A stretch of DNA of 56,342 bases, the filler included, from Catajapyx aquilonaris (taxonomy: Eukaryota), in NCBI GenBank assembly GCA_000934665.2. It is 2 parts of 2 records of this genome, joined end to end, with 100 filler letters (N's around TTAATTAATTAA, not from the genome) between each part and the next. Parts side by side here need not be neighbours in the genome. Positions count along the whole stretch, not along the records: positions 1 to 28,117 come from JYFJ02004965.1; positions 28,218 to 56,342 come from JYFJ02004966.1. One strand, 5' to 3'. Under the pieces are notes generated by a model, which was given only the letters and a program-made list of their open reading frames with translations, ran no database searches and was not told the origin of the DNA. Made by a program: the position numbers and the translations under genes. Positions within the stretch are counted from its first letter, which is position 1. Every line of letters begins with the position of its first letter. Of this stretch, positions 27,039 through 38,854 are shown piece by piece.

Positions 27039-28117
27039 CTGTATGCCTGTATATATAATTTCGACCACTGATTTGGATTTAGATTCCCGAAAAATGAGGA
27101 GCAGCGAAAAAAAATGTGTCCAATCTGCGCTGTCAGTCGGAGCAATTGCCAATTGGGCACAAACAAAAGACTTCAAGCTTTCCAGTGTGAGAGGATTACA
27201 TCACAACACGTCATGATCTGTATAGCTGTATAGCGTTATCGTCCTATTCTTACCGACATCTGCCCGAGTACCGTTGTGGTCGACCTTGACCTTTTTCTTT
27301 TTCTTCCCCGCACTAAAACCTGGTTCCCATTTCACGGTGCTCAATCCTTCAATGAATGCTCAACTCGAACCCCTTCTCTTTGTTCCCATTACACCGTTTA
27401 CCTGTGCATCCCTTACGTCATTATCATACTTGCTTTTCTCCCAGGATACTTTGCACCGAGTTGTCCGGCCGAGGGTCTACAGCTCTACACCTCGGCCGTC
27501 AACCTAACCCCACCTTGATATCCTTATTACCCCACAACAAAGTGACGATTAAAAGCTGTCTTGGACAACCCCACGTTTCTTAATTGACCCTGCCCAGGTC
27601 ACACCAGCAATAAATTGTGTAAATGGCAGGAATGCACCTCATAATGGTAGGCCTCATAAATGTGTCCGATTTTCTCGCGATTCCTTCCACCATGATGCAA
27701 AAGGAATTTTCGGCGCCGGCTTTTCCCTCTCACTTCAACTCCTCGCCGGGGATTGGTAGCTGAAAGGGCAGCATGGTGGCAGCACGGTCGACGGAAATTC
27801 GGCGTAAAAAAAGTTGCAAAATCATTCGCCGACGGAATTTCCGTCGCGGAAATTCCATCTAGTGTGGTCGGGCCCTAAAGGTCATTTCTAGGCCTAAAAT
27901 TGAAAAAAAGATGAACTCTGCTCCCGATAATTTACTTTTTTTCGGTGCAATTTTTGTGACGATTGAATCTATCAGTGTCGAATCTCCTTATGCTGCCCAT
28001 GCATAAGAGAGCTGCAGCCAGCCCCTAGACACTTCTATCCCAGCGCAATAGAAAAGGCTGATCCGTTATTCCTTCCCGCAGCGGCGCTAGTAAAAACAAT
28101 TAGTGGAAGCGGTACAA

Positions 28118-28217
28118 NNNNNNNNNNNNNNNNNNNNNNNNNNNNNNNNNNNNNNNNNNNNTTAATTAATTAANNNNNNNNNNNNNNNNNNNNNNNNNNN
28201 NNNNNNNNNNNNNNNNN
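28118..28217. other. Assembly gap with artificial six-frame stop linker
   Basis: 100-bp N block with TTAATTAATTAA at 28162-28173. Confidence 0.95.
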
Positions 28218-28317
28218 ACTCAGATTTTTTACCTGTTAAAAGGATCGCCCAACACAACTTTTTTTCACTAGCGAACTACAACTTTCGAAAAAAAGTGTTT
28301 TTCGAGCCGCCCTACTG
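28218..28317. mobile_element. One end of a TA-targeting Tc1/mariner-type element interrupting the Harbinger gene
   Basis: Ends CGAGCCGCCCTACTG followed by TA. The Harbinger ORF diverges here from its second copy at 54.7 kb. Confidence 0.55.
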
Positions 28318-29320
28318 TACATTTATGGACATGTAGCCCTTCCTGTTGATGTACATTTGCGCAAATGGACCACCAGGGCTTTTAATTTTGATGTGGGTAC
28401 CATCCATGATACCCACGACTCCTGGGAAGCGCCCAATGGCGTAAAACTTCTCCATTTTCAGTTGCGCCGCTTGTCCTGTTGGGAAAACCACAAAACGGTC
28501 CCTTTTCGTGGCCAAAGCTTGTGCAACTGTCTTGATCACTCGGCTAACCGTGGGCTGCGAAATCCGTGTAGGTCGCCGATGTCCTCCTGCTTCCCATTCC
28601 TTGCGAAAAAACGCAGGGCAATTAGCACCTGCATTTCCTGGGACACAGGCAGCCCACGGTTAGTGTTGTGCTCCGGAAGGTCTTCTCTGCAGATGTCAGT
28701 GATCAACAGGGCATTGTCCTTGGAAAACCGATACCGACGCCTGAATTCACGCTCCGTATAAGTTGTATACGGGTCCAGGCGGGGACGATAAATCCGAAGG
28801 CGCGGTAGGGGGTTGGCCACATGCCGCACTCTCCTCACACGCCGAATGTTGTGCCGGAGCCTCCCTAACCTGTCTGCCATTTCCTCCTGTGCCTACTATA
28901 GTACTATTCTATGCCTGCTAGACTGTTTCATGCTGCTATGCTATTGTCCTACCGGATTCCATTTGAAACTCCCCTTTTAAAAATCGCGCCTCTCGGCTGA
29001 TGGCGCTCCGACCCCGTCTTTTTTAAGGTAAATTATTTTACTTCGTGAAGCTCCATGAAGGTAGCCACTGCCCAAACCGGGCTACGCGTAGTTGTCCTGC
29101 TCCGTAAATATGTATGCCGGGACCGCACTGCCTCACATACGGCTGGATTAGCGGAGTTGAGTCCGGCCGCCATTGTTCGTGCAGGGTGAGTGCGACGCAA
29201 AAGAAGGGGGTCCCCTTCACTAAGTTTTGCCTTAGTGCACCGCTTTAGCAGGATCGCACTAGGCCCGAACTAGGCCGAAAGCGCGACTCTGTATGCGACT
29301 TTCCTTAGTGAACTGGGTCA
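28318..29320 (-). mobile_element. PIF/Harbinger transposon 5' part with frameshifted HARBI1-like nuclease
   Basis: Peptides EFRRRYRFSK, QVLIALRFFA and GRFPGVVGIMDGTHIKI..YINRKGYMSINVQ. Harbinger-like terminus (GACCCAGTTCACTAAG on minus strand) near 29303-29319. Confidence 0.88.
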
Positions 29321-29326
29321 CGTGGT

Positions 29327-30018
29327 TTAAAGCACTGCACTTAACTCTTGTTGTTGACTCTGAATACGGCCCAGTAACTTTTTGACCACACCAAGGCACA
29401 CACAGTGTAAGTAATCTATGGCAGTGGAATGAATAATGTCCTCAACATACAGTGCAAGTCTGGAAATACCTTTAATCCCATACACAGGTACTCCCTCCCT
29501 TTCTGCCTCTGCAACATGCCTCATTGTTTCATCATGAGTTCTTTTCGGCATGTCAATATCCGCAGAAAATGGATACACATGGACTTTACTTCTCAAACCC
29601 ATAAAATGTGTCTCCCCCAGCTGCAAGCAACGTGGGCACCCATATTTCGCATTAAATTGCTCCATGTTTAAACATGCACATTTAGCAAGTAAGTCACATG
29701 TACCCCACAGCAAAGACCCCTTGATTTTAGTGACAACATCATTCACAATTACATTGATGCCAGTTTGCATTTTCTTCAAGAAACCATCACAACATGAAAA
29801 AATATATATGAGGCTTGTGGCGGCCCACCCACAAACCAATCAGAAGATTTTCTTTTTTTAAACGCATTGCAAAGGGCAGTTCATTTATACTTAAAAATAA
29901 AGGCCAGATGCTTACATTTGAAGATTTGAACAAGGGTGCTCCATCAGTGTACCACATGAAAGTTAAGTTGGTTGTTGGAAAATTTGAAGTGTCTAAGGTT
30001 GCTGCATGTTTCTTGTAA
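29327..30018 (-). pseudogene. CACTA/EnSpm (Tnp2-like) transposase fragment
   Basis: Minus strand WYTDGAPLFKSSNVSIWPL, then TCDLLAK..NMEQFNAKYGCPRC and IDYLHCVCLGVVKKLL. Frameshifted and truncated. Confidence 0.85.
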
Positions 30019-30353
30019 AAAAAACAATCATATATATCAGATATTAGATGCGTATTGGTCGGCGTTTTTGGGTCACGTAAGAAGCCAGGTTATTATGAAT
30101 TGCGCCGTTGTTTACTATCCGCGCGCCACCTAACAAGTAAATGGTCCGCTCGCTAGTGCCGACCGACTGACGTGTCTGAGTGCGCCTGTTCTACTTCTAT
30201 GGAGTATGGACCCCCTCTAGATTGCTTTCCGGACACAGGTTCCCATGGGAAAAATGTTTGTCTTGGTCCCCTCTATGACCTCTAGAAGTTTGTCCGTTGA
30301 ATTCATTTATTCCCTGTATGTGTAGTATGCTGACATTTCTGATATGCCTGCAG

Positions 30354-32102
30354 GTTGTGCAGAGTGAAGATGGGACGGAAATTCCCAGTGCCCGCATTCT
30401 GGCAGCTTATGCTCAAAGAGCTGCAGAACCCTTGGTACTCATGATAGTGCCTGTGGGCGGGACATGGTTGCCACTAAATGCCACAAGTGACAAGTCTTCC
30501 AGGACCTTATGTGATGAATGTAAACTTATTGTACATATTTTGGTGGCTGGTTGAAGTTTTCTCCATGTGAAACTGATGATTTCCTTTCCAGTAGCAGGAA
30601 GTTCCTCTGATCAAGTCGGTCAATCTCCAAGTGTGGCAGGCAATAATGCGTCCAAGACTGGCCCACGACATCAATTGGAAGGAGGTTGTGCCAGTTGACT
30701 TCCAAAATGATAATAAAAACTCTATTGCAAGTGAGTTGCAATTCATCAAGGGAGTGGCAGATTACCTGAAATTTCAGCGCCACGACTTCAGTCGTAAGAC
30801 AGCCATGTCCATGGCTCAGGAAATGGTCAAGAGGTACCCAAAACCATTCGAAATGGTCACATGGGATGTAAAAGATGATAAAACTCAGATATACTCCGAT
30901 GGCGTGTGCGCTCTAGGCGCTCGACTGTACGAGCGCCTGAAATAAATAAAGCCAAGCGGTTTGAAGCGCAAGAGAACAAACAGCCGCCAAGGTAGTGATG
31001 AAGAGGAGGAACAACTGTCCAGGTACGGGAATGAGCTGGATTCCCATGGGTGCGTGGCATGGGAACCACTGCTTCCGGGATCAGAATCCCAAGAATCCCA
31101 AGCCAAAAAAAAAAGGACAAGCTTGCTGCTGACTACAGCATTGGAGAGCTGAGTAGGAGGGAAGTGGTTGGTCTTCTGGCTGACACCTATCCGTCCCAAA
31201 GGCTCGTTATTAATAAAAGAGAAAGAAAACTGGCGGACATCCTGCAGCAATGGCCACATCTACAGGACACGGACCATTTCCTGCACTTTGGTCGGAAAGA
31301 ACGTCAGGGAAACATGGAATGATAACCTCACGAGGAAGGCGAAGGGGATATTTACATATTTTTCATCCCATGCCGAGAAGAAACGTGGCAAGATGCAGGG
31401 CAGCACAGCTAGGACGGAGGTAGATGTTGCAATGCAGGCATGCATAACTCTCATAAGTGAGGTGCCAAGAGTGCTGGCCATGTTTCCGTTGCTGGCCTTG
31501 TACTTTGAAGAGGAGGCAATATTCACCATGACTAAGTGCTGCCTGTCCAGCAGTTTTCATATTCAGCAAATGACAGTATTTCACATGCTTTTCCTTCCAC
31601 AGGATGCTGCTGCCGGTGAGGGCTTCGTACAGGATGCCGTCGGCAAGTCAGAGAGGCCAGTCCTGATCATCAAAGGTAAATTCAGTAGACTATATTTGAA
31701 GTAGTTATTAGTGAAACAATGTTTATAAAATGAGTACACTCACATTCTTCCTATTGCTTCTAGGCATGTCCTTATATGATGAGGGAAGCACCTGCGTGAT
31801 GGGCTGCGATCACCAGGTCATGTTTTCTGGCAACGGTGTGCAAGATGCCATACTACTTTATTTCATGGCATATTATGTCTATGGCTACAGCTACCCACCA
31901 CAGCAGGCACACACTCTCGAGTTCATTCAAAGGTAGGAGTAGGATTAAGGCCTATCTCGACCACCGAGACTCATTGATGACGGTGCAGAAATTGATCAGT
32001 TCACGTTGAATTTATTGCCTCAATCACAGTGTTCTTCATCGCTATCGATGCCAAGTACAGCAGAGAGGAAACCTGAAGAGCAGTGCACAGGGTGTCAAAA
32101 AG
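30354..32102 (+). pseudogene. Intron-containing SAMD3-like (CACTA-associated accessory) gene, disrupted
   Basis: Peptides MAQEMVKRYPKPF, DSHGCVAWEP, DTYPSQRLVIN, QWPHL and MAYYVYGYSYP..TLEFIQR followed by a GT donor. Several frameshifts. Confidence 0.7.
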
Positions 32103-32219
32103 GTATGAGACAATTTTGCACTTCTGCTTTCGCTTTAGCCTACTAACTGAAACTACCATGCCTCTTCTGCACCAGTCCTTAATCATCGCAGATCAAAGCG
32201 TAATGGTATCCCACATTTC

Positions 32220-32262
32220 TTAACCCATAAGTAGTGTCATGGGGTCTTTTTTTGACCCCAGG
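32220..32262. mobile_element. Possible piggyBac-type terminus
   Basis: TTAA followed by CCC..., then a GGGGTC(T)nGACCCC subterminal palindrome. No partner end seen. Confidence 0.45.
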
Positions 32263-32938
32263 TGGTTATTTAATTATATTTAATCTCCATTTCGTGTGAT
32301 TAAATTTTGAATGTCATTAAAAATAAGTTCACATAAATCTTAATGCGTAAATAATAAAACAGACTGATAAAAAATGTGATTGAGTATTTAAAACTGCAAA
32401 CACAATTCAATGAGTATAATATATTATAGATAGCTCATCAACAACCTGCAGCGTTAAAAATTCCTAAATACACATACTATGTAGACGGTCTCAAATGGAG
32501 AACATACTCCCTACCGGTCTTCATTAATTCAAATTCTCTTACAGCCATCCGTCTTCTGGAAGAGGCGAAGGAAGAAAGGCACTTGCAAACGGATTTGTTG
32601 AAGATGGTATTAGAATCGAGGAGAGAGGAACCCGCCACCTCTCCTGATCCCAAGAAGCTTCCCGCCAGTGGGCGCCAGACGCAGCCAGAGGCTCCAGTTT
32701 GCGTATTTCTGTGGGATGGGCTCAATAAAAAGATCGCTCAGTCTTGAATCTTGGAGGAGTCTATATTTTCATTTTTATTTTATTTACTAGCAGCGGAGCC
32801 TCACACAATATTATAGTCGTTGGTTGCGTATGCGTTGTGTGAAAGTTATAGGCGTATGAAATTACTGCATGCCTATATGGTGCTTTTGTCGGGATTCCCA
32901 TAAAACCCTGCGATTGGCAGTGGTTTCAGGCAAAGAGT

Positions 32939-33066
32939 ATGTATGATGCGGTCTGTGAAATCTCACAATCGACTTCAGATGTAGGGTTGAAGCCCGAAGC
33001 TCACTGTCTAGCTGAGAAGCTGTTAGATTTTAAGTTTTTGGCCTCACTTGGTACCTGGTATGATAT
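32939..33066 (+). pseudogene. hAT transposase internal fragment
   Basis: EAHCLAEKLLDFKFLASLGTWYDI resembles a conserved block in ZMYM1-like hAT transposases. Confidence 0.65.
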
Positions 33067-33404
33067 TGTGACGGTACTAGTTTACCCCATCGAACTATGT
33101 AACACCACCCAGGGTTTTTTCATATATCCTTGGAACCTTGGGTTGTACTATCTGTCTGTTTTCCCATCATCCCCTGGGGTTCCAGGACTATAAGGTGAAG
33201 CGGGGACTTTCTCGAGGTCTTTCGGTGTGTCCCTTGTGGACACACCCTCCTCCGATGTAATCCATCCTTGCTCGTGCACGTATGGCATAGTCGGAGGGGG
33301 CAGACTGGCGCTCATTTGGCGCCACACACAAGCGTTTGCCCCTCCATTTTTTGGTGACACCGAGTGCCTGGCACTACCTGTCCATACCTTGTGCAATAGT
33401 GACA
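33067..33404. mobile_element. Solo LTR
   Basis: TGTGAC...GTGACA termini with a 4-bp ATAT TSD (33063-33066, 33405-33408). Interrupts the hAT fragment. Confidence 0.75.
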
Positions 33405-33722
33405 ATATCTGGTGCGCGGAATTTGCTGTGATTTTTTTTTGTCCATGTTGCCTGATTTCATGTGTAGGCTACTTTAATTTTTTGCGTAAGATGTATCATT
33501 CTGAAAATTTTGAAATAAATCTACAAGTGATCCCAACACTGTTTACAAGCGTAATACGTGGAATTATTAATTGAAAATTAAAAAATTAAAAATCGTAAAA
33601 TGCAGAAGTTGGTACCTCTGCACTTCCGTGCAGCACCATGGTGCTAGAGTGTATTGTGAGTGAAAATTGCCTTTCGGTTCGGTATCCTACATTCCTGCTA
33701 GTATCTAACGTTGCTGGTCACA

Positions 33723-34481
33723 ATGGCTGACCGCAGTGGTCGAAAAAAGAGAGCAAGTGGGTTTCAATACAGAAAAAATAAAATTGACAGAGAAGCTAAA
33801 CACGAGGAGCTTCTCGCAAAAATTCCGAAAATTGGCGTTTTTTTCTCTCTCTCTGCAAGCAGCCAAGCTGTGACTCCATCAAGCAGTGCCACTCACTGCG
33901 AGGACTCCTCAAACAGTCCCGAAGCAGGGAAAGCAGCTGAGACAAAAAGTGATGAGACCGCGCCGATCACAGAATTGAAGGGTGCAACTGCCCCAATGCA
34001 GAGCAGCAAGACTAATGTTGGTGATGACATAGTGAAGAATATACAGCAGGAAACTCTACTGTACGGAGGCAGTGGAGAGAATCTGAGCGACATGACGGAC
34101 ATCGCAGGCGTGGCTGACATCTTAAGTAAAGATCCAGCAGATTGGAAAATTTATGAAGAGACGCGAGATTGGGTTGCCGTGAATGGGGAGTGTCAAAATG
34201 CTGACGAGGACTTTAAAAACACAAAAAGGCAGTACACTGATCGCACACGATATTTGTCTAAGGATCTTTTCAAACGGACATTGAAAAATGGGGAAGTGAA
34301 GGTTAGGTCGTGGCTGGTGTATTCCCCCAAGAGAGGAGACATTGTCTGTGCACCGTGCACGTTTTTTTGGGCATAAGACATCTTCATTTACCACAGGTTT
34401 CAGTGATTGGAAGAACGGAAAAGCACGTGTCGAACAGCATGAAAATTCCCCTGAGCACAAGACATCCGTAGCTGACCTTAA
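33723..34481 (+). pseudogene. hAT (ZMYM1-like, TTF zinc finger) transposase, 5' half
   Basis: SGFQYRK N-terminus, RSWLVYSP..CAPCTFF, and GFSDWKN..HENSPEH after a frameshift. Continues in frame at 42313. Confidence 0.85.
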
Positions 34482-34742
34482 AGGGACACTCCACTCAAAA
34501 TACAAGTTGGCCCCCAAAAATCGGGCAAAAAATCCTGATTCCGAATGTGCAATAGGTTTTTTGCTACGCCCAACGGTAACACGGAATATCATATATCTAC
34601 ACACGTCGTCTGCTAAGAAGGGCGATACAACAGCATCTAGGCAAGCCGGAGAAGTAGAGGAGGTGATCAACAAGCAACTACCGCGCGAGGCGCGCTAGGC
34701 AACACAAGCGCGCCAGCTTCGAGCGCTTTCGAGCCGAACCTG

Positions 34743-35540
34743 ATGAGAAGGATGGCGGACCACAGAAAGGTCGGGTGTGTAAGTGCACCCGATGTTTCGG
34801 AGGCCGGCACAGGGAGAGTCCATCCCGGCGCCCTCGCACCTCCCCTGCGGCCCTACCAGTGCGAGCCGTATGACGACGACGGGGTGGCCACATATGAGGC
34901 AGAGGCACTTGCAGCACGTCATGTGTACACTGCAACTTACCACGACGACGACGACGAGGAGGAGGAGGAGGAGGAGGCGGAGGGGGAAGTAGAGCAAGAA
35001 GTGGGCAATGCCGAAGCTGCCACAACAGCAGGTCCACAATCCCATCCCCGACGACCTGTTGAGGAATGGTGCCAGTGTGGCAATTATGCTGCAATGAAGA
35101 GGCAGGAGGAGGAAGTCAATAACAGGTACACCCATATACATGTACTTCTTGAAATGCTAAAATGCACCCTAACTTCCAGATACATGTATGGCATATCACC
35201 CCGAGTTTCTCAGCCTCTGTCTGGACAAAACTGCTATCCAGATGGCAAGTATGACAGACAGAAAATTTCGGAAACTCCAACCTTTGCGCATAACTTCAGA
35301 TGAGAAGTGAGTAAGAATTACATGTATGCCTAACTAATGTATTGCATTGTGACAAATTCACACAGGTGTGCAATGTTTCATTTAGGGAATGCCGACATTA
35401 TGCATACCGCCAGTTCACCACCTGGCGGCATGACTACCTCGGGAAAGGGGAAAGGCGGGTCATACCCTAGGGAGCACTTCCCAGACCCCAGGAATGTTTA
35501 CACCGGGTTCAAGAGGGCCAGAGAGGAAGACAATATATGA
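34743..35540 (+). pseudogene. P2X7 C-terminal ('ballast'/Zcd)-like Kolobok accessory gene (KolX-like)
   Basis: Exon 1: LRPYQCEP, an acidic tract, then EEWCQCGNYAAM. Last exon after the AG at 35384-35385: YAYRQFTTWRHDYLGKGERRVIP [frameshifting deletion] REHFPDPRNVYTGFK. Confidence 0.8.
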
Positions 35541-35709
35541 TAACAAGAACCCCCAAAAATATTCCATTACACACAATACACACTATACACAACTTGTATG
35601 TGATGCAATGCAATACACAGATATGCAGTTATCGACACGCAAAGTGGATGCTGGAATCACCAAAGAAGGCCAACAGGGGTATGAACATGTGAAAGTAACA
35701 TTAAAATTG

Positions 35710-35893
35710 CTACCTCTGAAAGCGACTGTACCTAGTCTTCATGACCTCCTCGAGGGATGGCTTTGGAACAGGGGCAATATTACAGGGAATGTCGGGGAAT
35801 GAAGGGTGGGGATATTCTGGATCGTGATGAATGATTTCTTCAACGAGATCACTCCTGAACTTCTTTGATATTGGCTCATAAACAGCTTTCGCC
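35710..35893 (-). pseudogene. Kolobok transposase C-terminal remnant
   Basis: ...IPCNIAPVPKPSLEEVMKTRYSRFQR*, convergent with the P2X7-like gene inside the TIRs. Confidence 0.6.
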
Positions 35894-36505
35894 GTACCTG
35901 GGCATACTTTTCTGCCCCCCGATAGGGCATTTGGGGTGATTGAGAAATCCATAAGGAAAATGGAATCAATCGTGTCACCGGAAGAGTACAACAACATCGC
36001 ATCTGCAACGAGCACTGTCCACAAGCTGAAAGAGGATCCCGGTGATGACGAAGGTGCGTGGTGTATACATGATAGGAAGGGCGTAGCTGACAAAGTAGCA
36101 AAGAAACCTTTGCCATGGAAAATCACCCACTGCAAGAGATTTTTTATTGAACGCAGTTCAGGATGCAAAGGAGTGCTCATCGGTGCGGAGGAAAATTACA
36201 GGAGCATGCTGTCTAACAGGAGGTCATCCATACTTCGGAAAGGGTATAGGTGGGACAGGATAGATGCTCCTGGGAAAAAACTTTCCAACATGTTGAGCAG
36301 ACAGAAGAAGGCAGACATTGACATGCTCCTAGGCAAGCATTTTGGTGCCTCTTGGAGAGACATGGAATCTCTAAGCTACTACAAGAAAGCCCTGAATGGT
36401 CAGGATTCAGAGAAAATGGACGAGACTACTGGCGTACATGAGGAAGACTTGGACGAGACTTATGGATGTGGTTGCATCATCGATCGTACATCCCAAGTGG
36501 TATAA
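35894..36505 (+). pseudogene. Sola1-like transposase C-terminal fragment
   Basis: PGHTFLPPDRAFGVIEKSIRKMESIVSPEEY ... KKADIDMLLGKHFGASW. Confidence 0.65.
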
Positions 36506-37240
36506 AGGTTTCTTTGCTAATGCCTCATGGTTTTTGTGTGTATGTATGCAGAAGTAAAGGCTTTTTTCCATGTCAGAAAACTGTATGTAAAGTTGGAAAT
36601 AAATCAATGTATATTGCCTATTCATGTCTTACATATTGCAGTTATCATTATGGGGACAATAACATAGCCTTATAGTTGCATTATCAAACATGGCTATCTT
36701 CAATGTGTTTTATTTAATTATCACTGTAAAAGTCAACTGTGATCGAAATCCTTCTTGGTGGTCTTTGTGACGGTTATCTTGATTACCTAGGAATTTTTGT
36801 AGGTGTGGAATATGGTTCCTGCAATGATTAGAGAAAAATGGCTCTACTGAAAAGTTGAGCCTGTTGAAGATAGCCATGTTTGAAACGCCACGACTCAAAT
36901 GCAAGAGGAAATCTTCACATGCAGATCAGAACAAGTCGGGCAATAAGAAGACCAAGGAACAAAAGAACAGCACAGACAGGACGAAGCTGAACAAAACCCA
37001 ACCAACGGCGATTCAAGTTGACCTAAATGAAGAGAGAAGAACACTGACAAGGGAAGTGTCTGTAGGGCCATCGGCCAATCGGCCCGAAAATGACACTAGG
37101 GGTAAATCGCAGGCCAGAAATTCATTGGTGAAAGTAAAAAGTTGCATTAGCCAAGCGTTTTCGAGATATGGGCGACTATAGGTGCCCGGCAAACCTGCTC
37201 GGTGACAATAGGGCGCATTCGGCAGAAGAAATTATAAACA

Positions 37241-37323
37241 GTCTTCGTGGCTCAGTCGGTAGCGCGTCCGCCTCATGATCCGAAGTCTCCACGTTCAAGT
37301 CCGCGGGAAGCGACTTTTTTTTT
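37241..37323 (+). ncRNA. tRNA-like (Pol III A/B box) unit in the left foldback arm
   Basis: GTGGCTCAGTCGGTAGCGCG..CTCATGA..GTTCAAGTCC followed by a T9 run. Acceptor stem imperfect. Confidence 0.55.
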
Positions 37324-38019
37324 CCCTCTCCCTCTCTCGTCTCGGAGCATCGTTTTCTTTTTCTTTCTTCCCCAACACAGTTTATCACCGCATATCTTCC
37401 CTTTTGCAATCAACAGGAATAAATAAACAGCTTGCTGGGAAGTGCATTACTTTTTTTTTCTCCTTCTTCTACCGAGCCGATGCTTACCGACTTCCGCGCA
37501 CCCCAAAATCCCCCACCGCCACCCCACCCCCTCGAAAATGCCCCACTCAAATGCATTTTCAAGGGGGGTGGGGTGGCGTTGGGGGATTTTGGGGTGTTGG
37601 GAAAAACCCACCAGCTCTCTTTTAGCTTCTGGTCAGACAATACTTTCGAACTGTTCCTTTTCTGCAGGAGAGGAACAGAAGAGCAGGATATTCGACCACC
37701 TGGGACTCGATATTCGATATTTTCGACCACTTGCATACAAGGCATACACCTGCACCAAGGCGTTTTTTTTTTTTACTACAGGCTCTGTCACCAAATGTAA
37801 ATCGAAAAAAATCCGTCACTCCGACAGTTGGCTCTCAACGCGGCCCTTACGAGGAAGTCGGTAAGCATCGGCTCGGTAGAAGAAGAAGAAAAAAAAGTAA
37901 TGCACTTCCCAGCAAGCTGTTTATTTATTCCTGTTGATTGCAAAAGGGAAGATATGCGGTGATAAACGGTGTCGGGGAAGAAAGAAAAAGAAAACGATGC
38001 TCCGAGACGAGAGAGGGGG

Positions 38020-38101
38020 AAAAAAAAGTCGCTTCCCACGGACTTGAACGTGGAGACTTCGGATCACGAGGCGGACGCGCTACCGACTGAGCCACGAAGA
38101 C
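38020..38101 (-). ncRNA. tRNA-like unit in the right foldback arm
   Basis: Reverse-complement copy of the left unit. The anticodon-loop position reads CGT instead of CAT. Confidence 0.5.
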
Positions 38102-38854
38102 TGTTTATAATTTCTTCTGCCGAATGCGCCCCATTGTCACCGAGCAGGTTTGCCGGGCACCTATAGTCGCCCATATCTCGAAAACGCTTGGCTAATGCAA
38201 CTTTTTACTTTCACCAATGAATTTCTGGCCTGCGATTTACCCCTAGTGTCATTTTCGGGCCGATTGGCCGATGGCCCTACAGACACTTCCCTTGTGAGTG
38301 CCATGCTGAATAGGTGGATTAAAGAACAACCTTTCCTTAAAGATGTATCTGCAGCATGCACCAAGAAAGGAACAAAGGGATTGTTTGAGGTAGAAGTATC
38401 TCCAGGCACCTCCCCAGGCACAGGGAAGATTACAGAAGATGGTGTTCAGACGAGAGTTCAGAATTGCACAGCAAATGTAAGCTGTTTCTGTTCCGCCAAA
38501 CTCAAGCTAACTAAAAAGAATGATGGAAATTGGATAACGTCGAATTACACTATGTAACACACTTTTTGTGTTTGGCAAGTGAGTGTTATGTCCTGCTTTC
38601 TTATGCCTAAAAACTTGAGATAATGGCCATTATACCTGCCAAAGTTTGCCTTTGTGCTCAGGAGAATGACTTATATATTTTGCATATCCCCATATACGTA
38701 CTTGGGTAACAAATTTCAATTTTTATAAACAGACAACATCTAGATCAAAAGTAATGTTTATTTCTACTTCAAAACAAAGACAATATTTAGAAATGTGTGG
38801 TTTTTCTAGATTTACGATTGTACTGCAATCACTTTCCCGAATTAGTCCCCATAT

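Larger units (their letters stand above)
37042..38300. mobile_element. Foldback element with ~450-bp inverted arms and CACT..AGTG termini
   Basis: 37042-37495 is the near-perfect reverse complement of 37853-38300. An internal G/C hairpin lies at 37501-37594. Confidence 0.9.

Noticed and set aside
27790..27878. Harbinger-like end (..CTAGTGTGGTCGGGCCC-TAA); also lone TIR-like ends at 1-46 and 17100-17170
   Set aside because: The partner termini were not found, so the elements cannot be delimited.
34743..35540. Host P2X purinoceptor gene
   Set aside because: No transmembrane or ectodomain exons. It lies within TIRs next to a transposase tail.
37241..37323. Bona fide tRNA-Met gene
   Set aside because: The acceptor and anticodon stems pair poorly, and the second copy has a different anticodon. 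Treated as a tRNA-derived cassette.
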